From contig JAIXPD010000073.1 in NCBI GenBank assembly GCA_027486405.1, positions 33,580 through 97,579 of the forward strand: DNA of 64,000 nucleotides, read 5' to 3'. The stretch is from Azospirillum sp. (GTDB lineage Bacteria > Pseudomonadota > Alphaproteobacteria > Azospirillales > Azospirillaceae). Position 1 is the first letter of the stretch, and each line of letters opens with the position of its first letter. The position numbers and the translations under genes are program-made. The notes beneath the pieces are model-generated. The model worked only from the letters and a program-made list of their open reading frames with translations. It searched no databases and was not told the DNA's origin. This document shows positions 24,179-37,688 of the stretch, piece after piece.

Positions 24179-24747
24179 GTGGCATCCGAAGGAACAGGCG
24201 TTTCCGAACTCGCTGCGCGCTACTCCACCGCGCTGTTCGAGCTTGCGGACGAAAATCAGGCGTTGGACACGGTCGCGAGCGATCTGGCCACGCTGAAGCA
24301 GATCCTGGCCGAGAGCGCTGACCTGCGTCGCCTCGTCCGCAGCCCGGTCATCAGCCGCGCCGATCAGGCGCGGGCGATGGCCGCCGTGCTGGACAGCGCG
24401 GGCGTGTCCGATCTGACCAAGCGCTTTGTCGGGCTGGCCGCGACGAACCGGCGTTTGTTCGCGATCGGCGGCATGATCGACGGTTTCCTGGCCATGCTGG
24501 CGAAGCGCCGTGGCGAAGTGACGGCCTCCGTCACCTCGGCCCAGCCGTTGAGCGACGCGCAGCGTCAGGCCGTGATCGACGCGCTCAAGGCGTCCATCGG
24601 GGCCAATGTCTTGGTCAACACCTCCGTCGATCCCGAATTGATCGGCGGCATGATCGTTAAGTTCGGCTCGCGCATGGTCGATACCTCGGTGCGCACGAAG
24701 CTGAACAAATTGCAACTCGCCATGAAGGCCTCAGGGGGATCAGTCTG

Positions 24748-24748
<1 letters not shown>
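24179..24748 (+). CDS. atpH: F1 ATP synthase delta
   Basis: [22 protein letters not shown]; GTG start; first gene of the F1 operon. Confidence 0.95.
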
Positions 24749-26277
<1,529 letters not shown>

Positions 26278-26362
26278 CCGACCGTGTGGGGGCGGGCAAC
26301 CGCCCCCTCAGCCGTCATCCCTGACGGACACGGAACGACCTCGAGCGGAATGAAGGGCCGGC

Positions 26363-27247
26363 ATGCCTAACCTCAAGGACCTAAAGAACCGGATCTCGAG
26401 CGTCCAATCGACGCGGAAGATCACCTCGGCCATGAAGATGGTCGCGGCCTCCAAGCTGCGCCGTGCGCAGGAACAGGCGCAAGCCAGCGGCCCCTATGCC
26501 GAGCGCATGGGCCGTATGCTCGCGTCGCTGGCGGCCAACGTGCAGGGCAGCGGCAACGGGCCGAAGCTGATGACCGGAACGGGTTCCGATTCGGTTCACT
26601 TGGTCGTCATCGTCAGCTCGGATCGTGGTCTGTGCGGTGCCTTCAACGGCTCCATCGTCCGCGAGGCCAAGCGCCAGATCACCCGCCTGCAGGGCGAAGG
26701 CAAGACCGTCAAGCTCCTCACCGTTGGCCGCAAGGCCCGCGACCAGCTGCGCCGCGAATTCGGGGCGCTGATGGTGCATGGGTATGAGGATGTGGGTCGC
26801 CGCCGCCTGTCCTTCGCCGACGCCGACATGGTGTCGCAGAAGGTCCTGACGATGTTCGACGCGGGCGAGTTCGACGTCTGCACGATCATCTTCAACAAGT
26901 TCAAGTCGGCGATCTCGCAGATCGTCACCGTGCAGCAACTCATCCCCTTCGCCGTTCCGGAAACGGACGCCGCCCCGGCGGACGAGGTGAAGGCGGTGTA
27001 CGAGTTCGAGCCGGACGAAGAGCAGATCCTTGCCGAACTGCTGCCGCGCAACCTGTCGATCCAGGTCTACCGTGCGCTTCTGGAAAGCGCCGCGTCCGAA
27101 CAGGGCGCGCGGATGACCGCGATGGACAACGCGACGCGCAACGCGGGCGACATGATCAACAAGCTGACGATCACCTACAACCGGACGCGCCAAGCCTACA
27201 TCACCAAGGAGCTGATCGAAATCATCTCCGGTGCCGAGGCTCTCTAA
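26363..27247 (+). CDS. atpG: F1 ATP synthase gamma
   Basis: [29 protein letters not shown]. Confidence 0.98.
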   Translation: MPNLKDLKNRISSVQSTRKITSAMKMVAASKLRRAQEQAQASGPYAERMGRMLASLAANVQGSGNGPKLMTGTGSDSVHLVVIVSSDRGLCGAFNGSIVREAKRQITRLQGEGKTVKLLTVGRKARDQLRREFGALMVHGYEDVGRRRLSFADADMVSQKVLTMFDAGEFDVCTIIFNKFKSAISQIVTVQQLIPFAVPETDAAPADEVKAVYEFEPDEEQILAELLPRNLSIQVYRALLESAASEQGARMTAMDNATRNAGDMINKLTITYNRTRQAYITKELIEIISGAEAL

Positions 27248-27264
27248 GGCGGCATCCCGCGTAG

Positions 27265-28758
<1,494 letters not shown>

Positions 28759-28869
28759 TCCTGATCCCGCCCCGGTTCCGGGGCGGATCGTGGTCTGGTT
28801 GGAAAACGGTTCGCCCACCCTGTCCCGTTCGGACGGGGTGGGCGCTTACAAAGAGGCACCAGGGAACCC

Positions 28870-29289
28870 ATGGCCGACAAAGTCGAATTCGAGCTGGTCT
28901 CGCCGGAAAAGCTGCTGAAGTCGCTTCCGGTGGACATGGTCGTGGTGCCGGGGGCGGAAGGCGATTTCGGCGTGCTGGCGGGCCATGCGCCGATGATCGC
29001 GACGGTCCGTCCGGGCGTCATCGAGGTGTATGAGGGCGACCGGGTTGTTGATCGCGTCTTTGTCGCGGGCGGCTTCGCCGAAGTGACCGGGACCCGCTGC
29101 ACCGTTCTGGCCGAAGAGGCGCAAGCGCTGTCGGCCATCGACCGCGCGGCGGTGGAAAAGGCGATCAAGGACCTGTCGGAGGATCTGAGCGACGCCGCGT
29201 CGGACGCCGACAAGGCCGCCGTCGAAGCGAAGCTGGCCGTCGCGCAGGCCAAGCTGGACGCGCTGGCGACGCCGGGTGCCGCCCACTGA
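28870..29289 (+). CDS. atpC: F1 ATP synthase epsilon
   Basis: FELVSPE, GDFGVLAGHAP, FVAGGFAEV. Confidence 0.96.
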   Translation: MADKVEFELVSPEKLLKSLPVDMVVVPGAEGDFGVLAGHAPMIATVRPGVIEVYEGDRVVDRVFVAGGFAEVTGTRCTVLAEEAQALSAIDRAAVEKAIKDLSEDLSDAASDADKAAVEAKLAVAQAKLDALATPGAAH

Positions 29290-29469
29290 CCCTCGGTCGC
29301 GATCGTGTGAAAAAGAACGGGCGGTTCGGTCATCCGAGCCGCCCGTTTCTGTTGCAACGCCAAAAAGTGTGATTACATTCAACGGTCGGATGGATCAGGC
29401 CGTGCGTGGTTCCGGTCCCAAATGTTCGATCAGGCCATCCCCAATCGGGTGGTGAAGGAGAAACGGATC

Positions 29470-30294
29470 ATGGCGCGCGGGCATTGGCGGTTGGAGGATC
29501 TCCCCTGGGATGGGTTTGATCCCAGCAAGGTGGACTCCGATCTGGTTCCGCTCATCAAGGCGGCGGCCCTGGTGGAGTACAACGCCCACGACTACACCGC
29601 TTATCTCTGCAACGTTTTCAGCGACGACCCTGACTTCCAGGCCGTCGCGCGCGGTTGGGCCGACGAGGAGGTCCAGCATGGCGCGGCGCTGGGCCGTTGG
29701 GCGACGCTGGCCGACCCGTCCTTTGATTTTGATGGGGCGGTGGCGCGCTTCCGCGCGGGCTACCGCGTGCCGATCGATCTGGACGCCTCGGTGCGTGGTT
29801 CGCGCACCGGCGAGATGATCGCCCGCTGCATCGTCGAGACCGGAACCAGCTCCTACTACACGGCCATCGGCGATTCGACCGAAGAACCGCTGTTGCGGGA
29901 GATTTGCCGCCGGATCGCGGCGGATGAGCTGCGCCACTACAAGATTTTCTACGACTACTCCAAGAAATACCGCGATTTGGAGGAGTTGAGCACCTTCCAG
30001 CGCCTGAAGGTGGCCTTGTCGCGCATCGGCGAATCCGAAGACGACGAACTCGCCTACGCCTATTTCGCCGCCAACGAGGCCCCGGACGCGGCCTATGACC
30101 ATGCCCGCTGCAACGCCGCCTACATGCGGCGCGCCTATGGCCGTTACCAGCCCAAGCACATCGACCGGGCGGTCTCCATGGTGTTCAAGGCCTGTGGGTT
30201 GAAGCCGCATTCCCGCCTGAGCGCGGTTGCCTCGCGCGGGGCTTGGTGGCTGGTGGACCGCCGCGCGCGCAAGCTTGAGCAGACGGCGGCCTGA
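29470..30294 (+). CDS. Ferritin-like di-iron carboxylate protein (acyl-ACP desaturase-like fold)
   Basis: Paired ExxH motifs EEVQH and DELRH plus VE..A and VETG helices. Start could extend to 29422. Confidence 0.75.
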   Translation: MARGHWRLEDLPWDGFDPSKVDSDLVPLIKAAALVEYNAHDYTAYLCNVFSDDPDFQAVARGWADEEVQHGAALGRWATLADPSFDFDGAVARFRAGYRVPIDLDASVRGSRTGEMIARCIVETGTSSYYTAIGDSTEEPLLREICRRIAADELRHYKIFYDYSKKYRDLEELSTFQRLKVALSRIGESEDDELAYAYFAANEAPDAAYDHARCNAAYMRRAYGRYQPKHIDRAVSMVFKACGLKPHSRLSAVASRGAWWLVDRRARKLEQTAA

Positions 30295-30347
30295 GAGTGC
30301 GGCCTGAACGGCGGCGTTCAGGCCAGTGCCGCTTGGTCACGGCGGCT

Positions 30348-31730
30348 TCAGTCGCGGCGGCCGCGACGGATCAGGGAGTCCGGGGTGAAGGCCTCGGGTT
30401 TCAGTGGTTTGTCGAAGACCGGCGGGCGTTGCAGATTGTCGATGCCCCGCGCGGCGTAACGGTCGCCGGTCAGGTCATAGACAAACTCGATGGCTGGAAC
30501 GAAGGCCGGAACCTGCCAGTGGGCGACGTTGTGGGCTTCGGCGTAGCGCTGCAACTCGCCCTTGCCGTTGTAATGCTCGGCCATCACGATCTGCCAGGAA
30601 TCCTCGTCCAGGTAATAGGTGCGGTCGGGCAGTTTGTGGTTGAAGTTCGGCTTCAGCCGGGCGTCCACGATCCACACCCGGTGCATCTCATAACGCAGGA
30701 ACTGCGGGTTGGGGTGGCCGTACCACAGGAACTCGTGGGGGGCGAGGCTGGGGGTGTTCAGGCGGTAGGCGTTGTAGGGAACATACATCTCCCGCCGGGA
30801 AATCAGCGTGAAGTCGAAGCGGTCGAGCGGGCCGCTGAACATGTCGAACATGTCGGCGGTGGCGATGCCATCGGTCGCCGGGTCGTTGGTGTCGTACAGG
30901 AAATCCGGTGCCGGGACGACACGGCCCCGTTCCCCGGTGCGCAGCCAGGCGCGAAAGCCCGCCTGGATCGGGTTGAGGGTCGCTTGCGTCAGCAGCGTGG
31001 TCCCCGCCTGATCGTCGGGCTTCAGGGTGGTGCGGCGGTAGAGCAGCGGTGTGCCCGCCTCTCCGGCGGCGTAGGGGAAGGAGAAATCCTCCTGATGGAG
31101 CCGGTCGGCGAATTTGCCGTCGCCACCGGGCAGCACGGTTTGGCTGGTGTGGCTGATCGCCGTGCCGCGCCAGCGCAGCAGGTGGTTCCACATCGCCTGA
31201 ACGCCGTTGGCCGGGATGGGAAAGGGAACCCCCACCCGCACGCCGGACAGGACCAGCCCGTTTTCCCCCAGATTGGCGCGGGTCGCGTTCTCCAGGCTGG
31301 CGTCATAGACCCGCTGCGGGGCGGCGGCGCTGCGGCGGCAGGGAAAGACCGGGATTTCGAAGGTGGTCGGGTACTTTGCCAGCAAGGCTTGCAGCCCGGC
31401 GGACAGCCGGATTTTGTACCGCTCCACATCCGCCGGGCCGACAGTGATCCAACGGCCATCCTCGATGAAGGGATCGGGGCTGTGGCGGCCGGGGGTGTAG
31501 CCACGCGGCGGCTTGATGAGGCCGCCGGTCCAGGGCGGGATGACGCGGGTGCGGTTGCCCGCCTTGATCGCGCCGAAGGGAGTCAGCTCCTCGCCCAGGC
31601 GGGGCAGCGGCGGGGCGGGTGTGGGGGCGTCCTGCGCCATCGCGGTGGCGGGCAGGGCGGTGGCGGCCCCCAGCAAGGCCAGCGCGTCGCGGCGGTTGGG
31701 GCGGCGCTGCTTGAGATCGGGTGCGGTCAT
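30348..31730 (-). CDS. DUF1329-family exported protein, Tat-like signal
   Basis: NRRDAL twin-arginine-type leader; IPPWTGG, MYVPYN, HRVWIV, YYLDEDSWQ motifs recalled from DUF1329 proteins. Confidence 0.75.
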   Translation of the reverse strand: MTAPDLKQRRPNRRDALALLGAATALPATAMAQDAPTPAPPLPRLGEELTPFGAIKAGNRTRVIPPWTGGLIKPPRGYTPGRHSPDPFIEDGRWITVGPADVERYKIRLSAGLQALLAKYPTTFEIPVFPCRRSAAAPQRVYDASLENATRANLGENGLVLSGVRVGVPFPIPANGVQAMWNHLLRWRGTAISHTSQTVLPGGDGKFADRLHQEDFSFPYAAGEAGTPLLYRRTTLKPDDQAGTTLLTQATLNPIQAGFRAWLRTGERGRVVPAPDFLYDTNDPATDGIATADMFDMFSGPLDRFDFTLISRREMYVPYNAYRLNTPSLAPHEFLWYGHPNPQFLRYEMHRVWIVDARLKPNFNHKLPDRTYYLDEDSWQIVMAEHYNGKGELQRYAEAHNVAHWQVPAFVPAIEFVYDLTGDRYAARGIDNLQRPPVFDKPLKPEAFTPDSLIRRGRRD

Positions 31731-34723
31731 GACAGATGCCGTTCCAACGCTGCGAAGGCCGCGTGCACCGCGTCGGCCAGGCGGGCGAGTTGGGACCAGT
31801 CGGGTTCACCGGCGGCGGCCTGCTCCAGCGCCAACGCCGCGTTGGCCAGGGGCTTGGCCCCGGCGTTGCGGCTGGAGCCTTTCAGATTGTGGGCGGCGGC
31901 GCGCACCCCGGCCAGATGGCGGCCAAGCAGGGCGGAATCCAGACCGACCAGAATCTCCCGGCTGCTGCTGCGGAAATCGCCCAGCAGTTCGGTCACAAGA
32001 CCATCGTCGCCGCCGCACAGCGCGCGCAGGGCGGTCAAGTCGATGGGCGGGTCGCCCTCGGTTTCGCGAGAAACGGGTGTACTGGGAACGGTTTCGCTGG
32101 GAACGGCGGGCGGCGGTGCGGGCGTGGCCGTCACGGCGTCACCGGACGCAACCGGGGCCGACGGCATCCAGCGGGCAAGGGTGAGGGCCAGTTGCGACAG
32201 GTCGAGCGGCTTGCTCAACACGGCGTCCATCCCGGTGGCGTGGTAACTGGCGACCTCGCCGGGCGCGGCGTTGGCGGTGATGGCGATGATGGGCAGACGC
32301 GGCGCACCGACGGGGCCGTCGCCCGCCTGTTCGGCGGCGCGGATGCGGCGGGTCAACTCAAAGCCATCGACCTCCGGCATCTGCACATCGGTCAGCAACA
32401 GGGCGTAACGACGGTCGCCACGCCACGCGGCCAGCGCCTCCGCCCCGCCCGCCGTCATCTCGGCGGCGTAGCCCAGGGCGCGCAGCTGCATGCCCAGAAC
32501 CTTGCGGTTCACCGGGTTGTCTTCCGCCACCAGGATCAGGCGGCCTTCGGCGTGCGCCTGTTCGGGATCCAGGTCGGCCGGGGCGGTTTCGGTGGGCGGA
32601 AGGGGCGCGGTCACGCCGGGGGCGGGTGGTTCGCCCAACGGGCCGCGCCCGGCGGCGGCGGCCACGGCGCGCAGGAACGGCGCGCGGCGCACCGGGCGGC
32701 CCAACGGCACCGTGTTGCCGCTGGGGCGGTCGCCACCGGCCCCCTGCATCAGAAGAACGATGGGCGGGCAGGCCTCGCCGCTGCGCCGGCCCAACTCCTC
32801 CGGCGCGCAGGCGGCGGCGGGAACCCGCAGCGCCTCATCCACCGCGACGACGCTGGCCGGGCACCCGGCCTCCCGCGCGATCCGGGCCTGGGTTGCCAGT
32901 TGCTGGGCGTCTCCGGCGGGCAACACCCGCGCGCCCGCCAGTTCCAGATAGCGGGACAGGAATTCGCGTTCGGTGGCGTCGGGAACGCCCAACAGCACCG
33001 TCAGGCCCGACAGGTCCAAATCCTCCGGCCCATCCGGCGGGCTGGCGGCCGGGGCGGTCTCGCCCACCGCAAGCCGGGCCTCCGCCCGATCCAGCGTGAG
33101 GGTCAACCAGAAGGTGGACCCCTCGCCGGGGTTGCTCTCCACCCCGATTTCACCGTTCATCAAGGTGGCCAGACGGCGGCTGATCGACAGCCCAAGACCG
33201 GTGCCGCCGAAGCGCCGGGCGGTGGAGCTTTCGGCCTGCGTGAAGGGTTGGAACAGACGCCGCCGGGCGGCGTCGGCGATGCCGATGCCGGTGTCGATCA
33301 CCTCGATCCGCAGGGCGGCGCTGTCGGGGCTGAGGCCGTCCAACCCCACCCGCAGCACGATCCGCCCGCGTTCGGTGAACTTGATGGCGTTGCCGCCCAG
33401 ATTGAACAGGATTTGCCGCAGCCGCACCGGATCGCCCAACAGGGCGGGCGGAATCGCCGGGTCGATGTAGGTCAGCAGGGCCAGCCCCTTGGCGCGGGCC
33501 GAGGGGGCCAGCGTTTCCGCCACCCCTTCGACCAGGGCGGGGATGGAGACGGCGACCCGCTCGACGTCCATCTTCCCGGCTTCGATCTTCGAAAAATCCA
33601 GAATGTCGTCGATGATGCGCAACAGCGAGGTGGCCGATTCCCGCATGGTCGCCACGGTGTCGATCTGGTGGGTGTCCAGCTCCGTCCGTTCCAGCAGGCC
33701 CAACATGCCCAGCACCCCGTTCATCGGCGTGCGGATCTCGTGGCTCATGGTGGCGAGAAAGGCGGATTTCGCTTTGGTCGCCTGTTCGGCCTGCTCCTTG
33801 GCGTTTTCCATCTGGCGTTCGGCCAGCTTGCGGCGGGTGATGTCGTAGATCCAGGACAGGAACACCGGCTGCCCGTTGACCTGGGTCGGATCGACCGTCA
33901 TCAGCGCCCAGAAACTGGAGCCGTCGGCGCGCAGCAGCTTCACTTCGGCGTCGCGGATCTGGCGGCGGTAGAACAGCCACCGCTGTTCGTCCTGGCGATC
34001 GTCCATCGGCGCGAACAGCTCGCCGATGCTGCTGCCCAGCAGCCGGTCTTTGGAGACGCCGAGCAGCGTGGTCAGCCGGTGGTTGGTCAGAACGATGATG
34101 CCGCTCTCGTCATAGGCGCAGACCCCGATGGGGCTGGCCTCCAACACGGCGTTGATCTGCTCCTGGCTTTCGCGCAGCTCGCGGGTGCGTTCGGCCACGC
34201 GGGTTTCGATCGACTGGATCTGATCGAAGGCGCGCAAGGCGGCGATGACGGCGGTGAACAGGCTTTCCGCCGACAGGTCGGCCTTGGGCTTGTAATCGTT
34301 GATGTCGTAATCGACGATCACGTCCCGCTGCGGGGCCTGCCCCGGCTGGCCGGTGCGCAGGATGATGCGCACGTCGCGGTTGCCAAGCTCGTCCCGGATC
34401 CAGCGCACCAGCCGCAGGCCGGAATCGTCCTGTTCCATCACCACATCCAACAGGATCACGGCCACGTCGGGCCGGTGTTCCAGGATCATGCGCGCGGCGG
34501 CGGCGGTGTGGGCGCTGATGAGGTCCAACGGGCGTTTCTGGAACGTCACGTCGGCCAACAGCAGGTTGGTCATCAGATGGACGTCGGCCTCGTCATCGAC
34601 GACCAGCACGGTCCAGGGCGGTGGCCCCGCGTCCTGGGTGTCAACGGGGCCGGAATCCTCCTCGTCGGCGAAGAGGATGTCGTCGTCGTCGAACATGCGG
34701 TCGGCGAGAGCGCCCATGTTCAT
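31727..34723 (-). CDS. Hybrid sensor kinase (REC-PAS-HisKA-HATPase-pseudoREC-REC-Hpt)
   Basis: H-box MSHEIRTPMNG, N/G boxes, GGTGLGL, REC domains (VVDDE, VAEDN..DVQMP), Hpt AHNLKGSS. Confidence 0.93.
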   Translation of the reverse strand: MNMGALADRMFDDDDILFADEEDSGPVDTQDAGPPPWTVLVVDDEADVHLMTNLLLADVTFQKRPLDLISAHTAAAARMILEHRPDVAVILLDVVMEQDDSGLRLVRWIRDELGNRDVRIILRTGQPGQAPQRDVIVDYDINDYKPKADLSAESLFTAVIAALRAFDQIQSIETRVAERTRELRESQEQINAVLEASPIGVCAYDESGIIVLTNHRLTTLLGVSKDRLLGSSIGELFAPMDDRQDEQRWLFYRRQIRDAEVKLLRADGSSFWALMTVDPTQVNGQPVFLSWIYDITRRKLAERQMENAKEQAEQATKAKSAFLATMSHEIRTPMNGVLGMLGLLERTELDTHQIDTVATMRESATSLLRIIDDILDFSKIEAGKMDVERVAVSIPALVEGVAETLAPSARAKGLALLTYIDPAIPPALLGDPVRLRQILFNLGGNAIKFTERGRIVLRVGLDGLSPDSAALRIEVIDTGIGIADAARRRLFQPFTQAESSTARRFGGTGLGLSISRRLATLMNGEIGVESNPGEGSTFWLTLTLDRAEARLAVGETAPAASPPDGPEDLDLSGLTVLLGVPDATEREFLSRYLELAGARVLPAGDAQQLATQARIAREAGCPASVVAVDEALRVPAAACAPEELGRRSGEACPPIVLLMQGAGGDRPSGNTVPLGRPVRRAPFLRAVAAAAGRGPLGEPPAPGVTAPLPPTETAPADLDPEQAHAEGRLILVAEDNPVNRKVLGMQLRALGYAAEMTAGGAEALAAWRGDRRYALLLTDVQMPEVDGFELTRRIRAAEQAGDGPVGAPRLPIIAITANAAPGEVASYHATGMDAVLSKPLDLSQLALTLARWMPSAPVASGDAVTATPAPPPAVPSETVPSTPVSRETEGDPPIDLTALRALCGGDDGLVTELLGDFRSSSREILVGLDSALLGRHLAGVRAAAHNLKGSSRNAGAKPLANAALALEQAAAGEPDWSQLARLADAVHAAFAALERHLS

Positions 34724-37101
34724 GCTGCTGCGGTCTCCAGACTGATGGTGCTGACGGTCGCGGGTGGCTCCGTGGCCGTGCTGACGGTGTTGGTCGCCGG
34801 GATCGATTTCGGAATGCGAAGGGTGAACGTAGTTCCATCGCCGGGCGCGCTGTCAACCGAGATCCGTCCCCCCAGCGTCTGGGTGACGAGGTTGAAGACG
34901 ATGTGCAGGCCCAAGCCGCTGCCCCCCGATCCGCGTTTGGTGGTGAAGAAGGGTTCGAACACCTTGCTGCGGTGGTCCTCCGGGATGCCGACGCCGTCGT
35001 CGGCGAAGCGGATTTGCAGGTCGCCATCCTCCAGATCATCGACGTCGATGACCATGTGCCCCTTGGTTCCGTCGTCGGGAAAGGCGTGGGTCAGCGCGTT
35101 CATCACCAGATTGGTGACAACCTGGCTGAGCGCGCCGGGAAAGCTGTCGATGACGATGCCGGGCGAACAGGCGATGGCGACGCGGTGCGGCCCCTTGCGC
35201 AGGGTGGGGCCGAGCGAGGTGACGATCTCCTCCAGATAGGCCAGCAGGTCGAAGGCGCGGCGCTCCTCGCTGGTTTGATCGACGGCCACCCGCTTGAAGC
35301 TCTGGATCAGTTCGGCGGCGCGGGTCAGATTCTGCTGGATGAGGCGGGAGGAGTCCCCGGCGGTGGCGACATAGGCCGCCAGATCGGATTTCTTCATCGT
35401 CCCGGCTTCGAACGCGTCGTTCAGCGCCTGGGTGCGACCGGACAAATGGGTGGAGCAGCCAAAGGCGATGCCGATGGGGGTGTTGATCTCGTGCGCCACA
35501 CCGGCGACCAGCAGGGCGAGCGAAGCCATCTTTTCGGCCTGGACCAGGCTGGCCTGGGTCTCCTTCAGGTCGGCGTAGGCCGCCCCCAGCGCCTGCATGG
35601 CGTTGAAGATCTCTTCCGCCGAGCGGGCCTCCACCGTCACGTCGGTGAAGGTGCGGACAAAGCCGCCCTCCGGCAGCGGGTTGGTCCGCACCTCGATGAT
35701 GCGGCCGTCGGGGCGGCGGCGCTTGAAGGTGAGCGGCTGTTCCCACACGCTGCCGCCCATCCCGCCGCCGCCGCCATACCCGTCCGGGTCGCCGTCGCCG
35801 CCATAGGCAAGGTAGAGGTCGGGGTCGTCCCCCATCTCGTTGAACTCGCCCCGGCTGCGTTGCAGGCTGACGATGTCGGGGAACACCGGGCAGGCGGCGA
35901 GGAATTCCGGCGGGATGTTCAGGAATTCGGCGGCGCGGCGGTTGGACATCACCACGCGCAGGTCCCGGTCCACCTTGATGATGCCCTGGTCGGTGTTGTC
36001 GAGCGTGATTTGCAGGATGTTGCGTTCGTGCGCCAGATCCAGTTCGGCCTGCACCCGTTCGGTCACGTCGGACATGGTTCCGGTGATGCGCAGCGCGTTG
36101 CCGTGGGAATCGCGCAGGGCGGTGGCGCGGTCCTCGATCCAGGCCCATTGCCCGTCGCGGCGGCGCATGCGGTAGACGGCGGTGTAGGCCAGCGCCTTGT
36201 CGCGGCGGCGGCGGCGCGATTCGGCGACGATGTCCTCCGCCTCGTCCGGGTGGAGCAGCGACACCCAGGTCTTGGTCGTCATCGCCAACTCGGTCGGGCC
36301 ATAGCCCAACAGGGCGGGAAACTCCTTCGACCACCAATATTGCCCGGTGGTGGGGTCGTAATCCCAGACCGAGGAGCGGGTGGCGGTGATGGCCAGCGAC
36401 AGGCGTTGTTCGCTTTTGCGCAGCGCGGCCTCTTCCTCCCCCAACCGGGCGAGCATGCCGTTGTAGGCGTGGATGACCCGCCCCAACTCGTCCGCCGCCC
36501 GCCAATCGACCGGGCGGTGGCCGTGGCCCTGTTCGGACGCCAGGATGGAGGCGATCAGGCGGCGCAGCGGTTTGCCGATGGTCAGGCGCAGGGCGGCCAG
36601 CGCGGCGGCGATGGTCCCGGCCAGCATCATCAGCAACAGGAACACCGTGTTGACGATCTCCTGCCGCAACTGCTCCCGCACCGCGTCGTAGCTGAAATGC
36701 AGGGTGATCGTCCCGACCTGGAGATTCTGCACCTTGATGGCGCGGCGTTCGGTGTCGGGGTTGTTGGTCGGGCAATCCACCCCGGGCCAGACGAACAGCC
36801 CGTCGGCGATGTCGTCCGTCACCTCGACGCAGACCAGTTCGCGGTTGGCGGCGATGGCCTGGACCACGTTGCGGATGGCGTTGACGTCGAACGACCACAG
36901 GCTGGCCGACAGCGCGGCCGCGTTGACATCGGCGATGGTCGCCACCTTGTCGCGCAGGGCAACCCGCAAGTCCTGGTGCCGATTGTAGAAAAACACCGAT
37001 GAAAAGAGCGACACCGCCAGCACCAGGCTGGGAACCAGAATCAGCAGAAATTTCGCCGACACCGTCGGCACCCGCCGCCACGCCTGTGCGATTCTGTTCA
37101 T
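34720..37101 (-). CDS. Membrane sensor histidine kinase (HAMP-PAS-PAS-HisKA-HATPase)
   Basis: Two TM segments, PAS domains, GVAHEINTP, DDGVG, GSGLGL. Start set at MNRIAQ; ATGA overlap with the downstream kinase. Confidence 0.9.
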   Translation of the reverse strand: MNRIAQAWRRVPTVSAKFLLILVPSLVLAVSLFSSVFFYNRHQDLRVALRDKVATIADVNAAALSASLWSFDVNAIRNVVQAIAANRELVCVEVTDDIADGLFVWPGVDCPTNNPDTERRAIKVQNLQVGTITLHFSYDAVREQLRQEIVNTVFLLLMMLAGTIAAALAALRLTIGKPLRRLIASILASEQGHGHRPVDWRAADELGRVIHAYNGMLARLGEEEAALRKSEQRLSLAITATRSSVWDYDPTTGQYWWSKEFPALLGYGPTELAMTTKTWVSLLHPDEAEDIVAESRRRRRDKALAYTAVYRMRRRDGQWAWIEDRATALRDSHGNALRITGTMSDVTERVQAELDLAHERNILQITLDNTDQGIIKVDRDLRVVMSNRRAAEFLNIPPEFLAACPVFPDIVSLQRSRGEFNEMGDDPDLYLAYGGDGDPDGYGGGGGMGGSVWEQPLTFKRRRPDGRIIEVRTNPLPEGGFVRTFTDVTVEARSAEEIFNAMQALGAAYADLKETQASLVQAEKMASLALLVAGVAHEINTPIGIAFGCSTHLSGRTQALNDAFEAGTMKKSDLAAYVATAGDSSRLIQQNLTRAAELIQSFKRVAVDQTSEERRAFDLLAYLEEIVTSLGPTLRKGPHRVAIACSPGIVIDSFPGALSQVVTNLVMNALTHAFPDDGTKGHMVIDVDDLEDGDLQIRFADDGVGIPEDHRSKVFEPFFTTKRGSGGSGLGLHIVFNLVTQTLGGRISVDSAPGDGTTFTLRIPKSIPATNTVSTATEPPATVSTISLETAAA

Positions 37102-37379
37102 GCCATGGTGTTCCGGCCAGTGGGCTGACTGATTGACTGGGGCAAGCGCGCGCGACGAACGCGCCCCATGGGTTCTTCTACCCTTTTCCGCCGGTGCCCG
37201 TCCATGACCGATGCCAAAGGCGAAAAAGTGTGGGATTGTGTCGCGTTTTTTCGCCGCTGCGAGCATCCCGGTATGACGATGCTTGAGCCGACGCGCGGCG
37301 TTGCACTACTGTGCATAGGCGTTTCGCCTGAGAAACGCGCGCGACCGCATCGGCGCGCGGCCCGCCACTGGAAGAGGAC

Positions 37380-37688
37380 ATGATGGAGTTTCGATCGCGC
37401 GTGGAGCAGGACACGGTTGACGTCCAACTGTCTGGGCGCCTGGAGTTCACCGACCATGACCGTCTGCGGGACATCATCGACCTGCTGGAGGGGCCTGGTC
37501 TGCGCCGGATCGTGCTGGACCTTTCGGTGCTGGACTTCATCGACTCCGCTGGCCTGGGCATGCTTCTCATCCTCCAGGAGGAGGCGGAGCAGCGGAACAT
37601 CAAGCTGGTTGTCAGAGGTCCGCAGGGCGACGTAAAACGGTCCATCGATCTGGCCAAGATCAACGAAATCGTCACCATCGAGCCGTGA
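37380..37688 (+). CDS. STAS-domain anti-sigma-factor antagonist
   Basis: LDLSVLDFIDSAGLGML motif with the phospho-acceptor Ser. Confidence 0.92.
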   Translation: MMEFRSRVEQDTVDVQLSGRLEFTDHDRLRDIIDLLEGPGLRRIVLDLSVLDFIDSAGLGMLLILQEEAEQRNIKLVVRGPQGDVKRSIDLAKINEIVTIEP

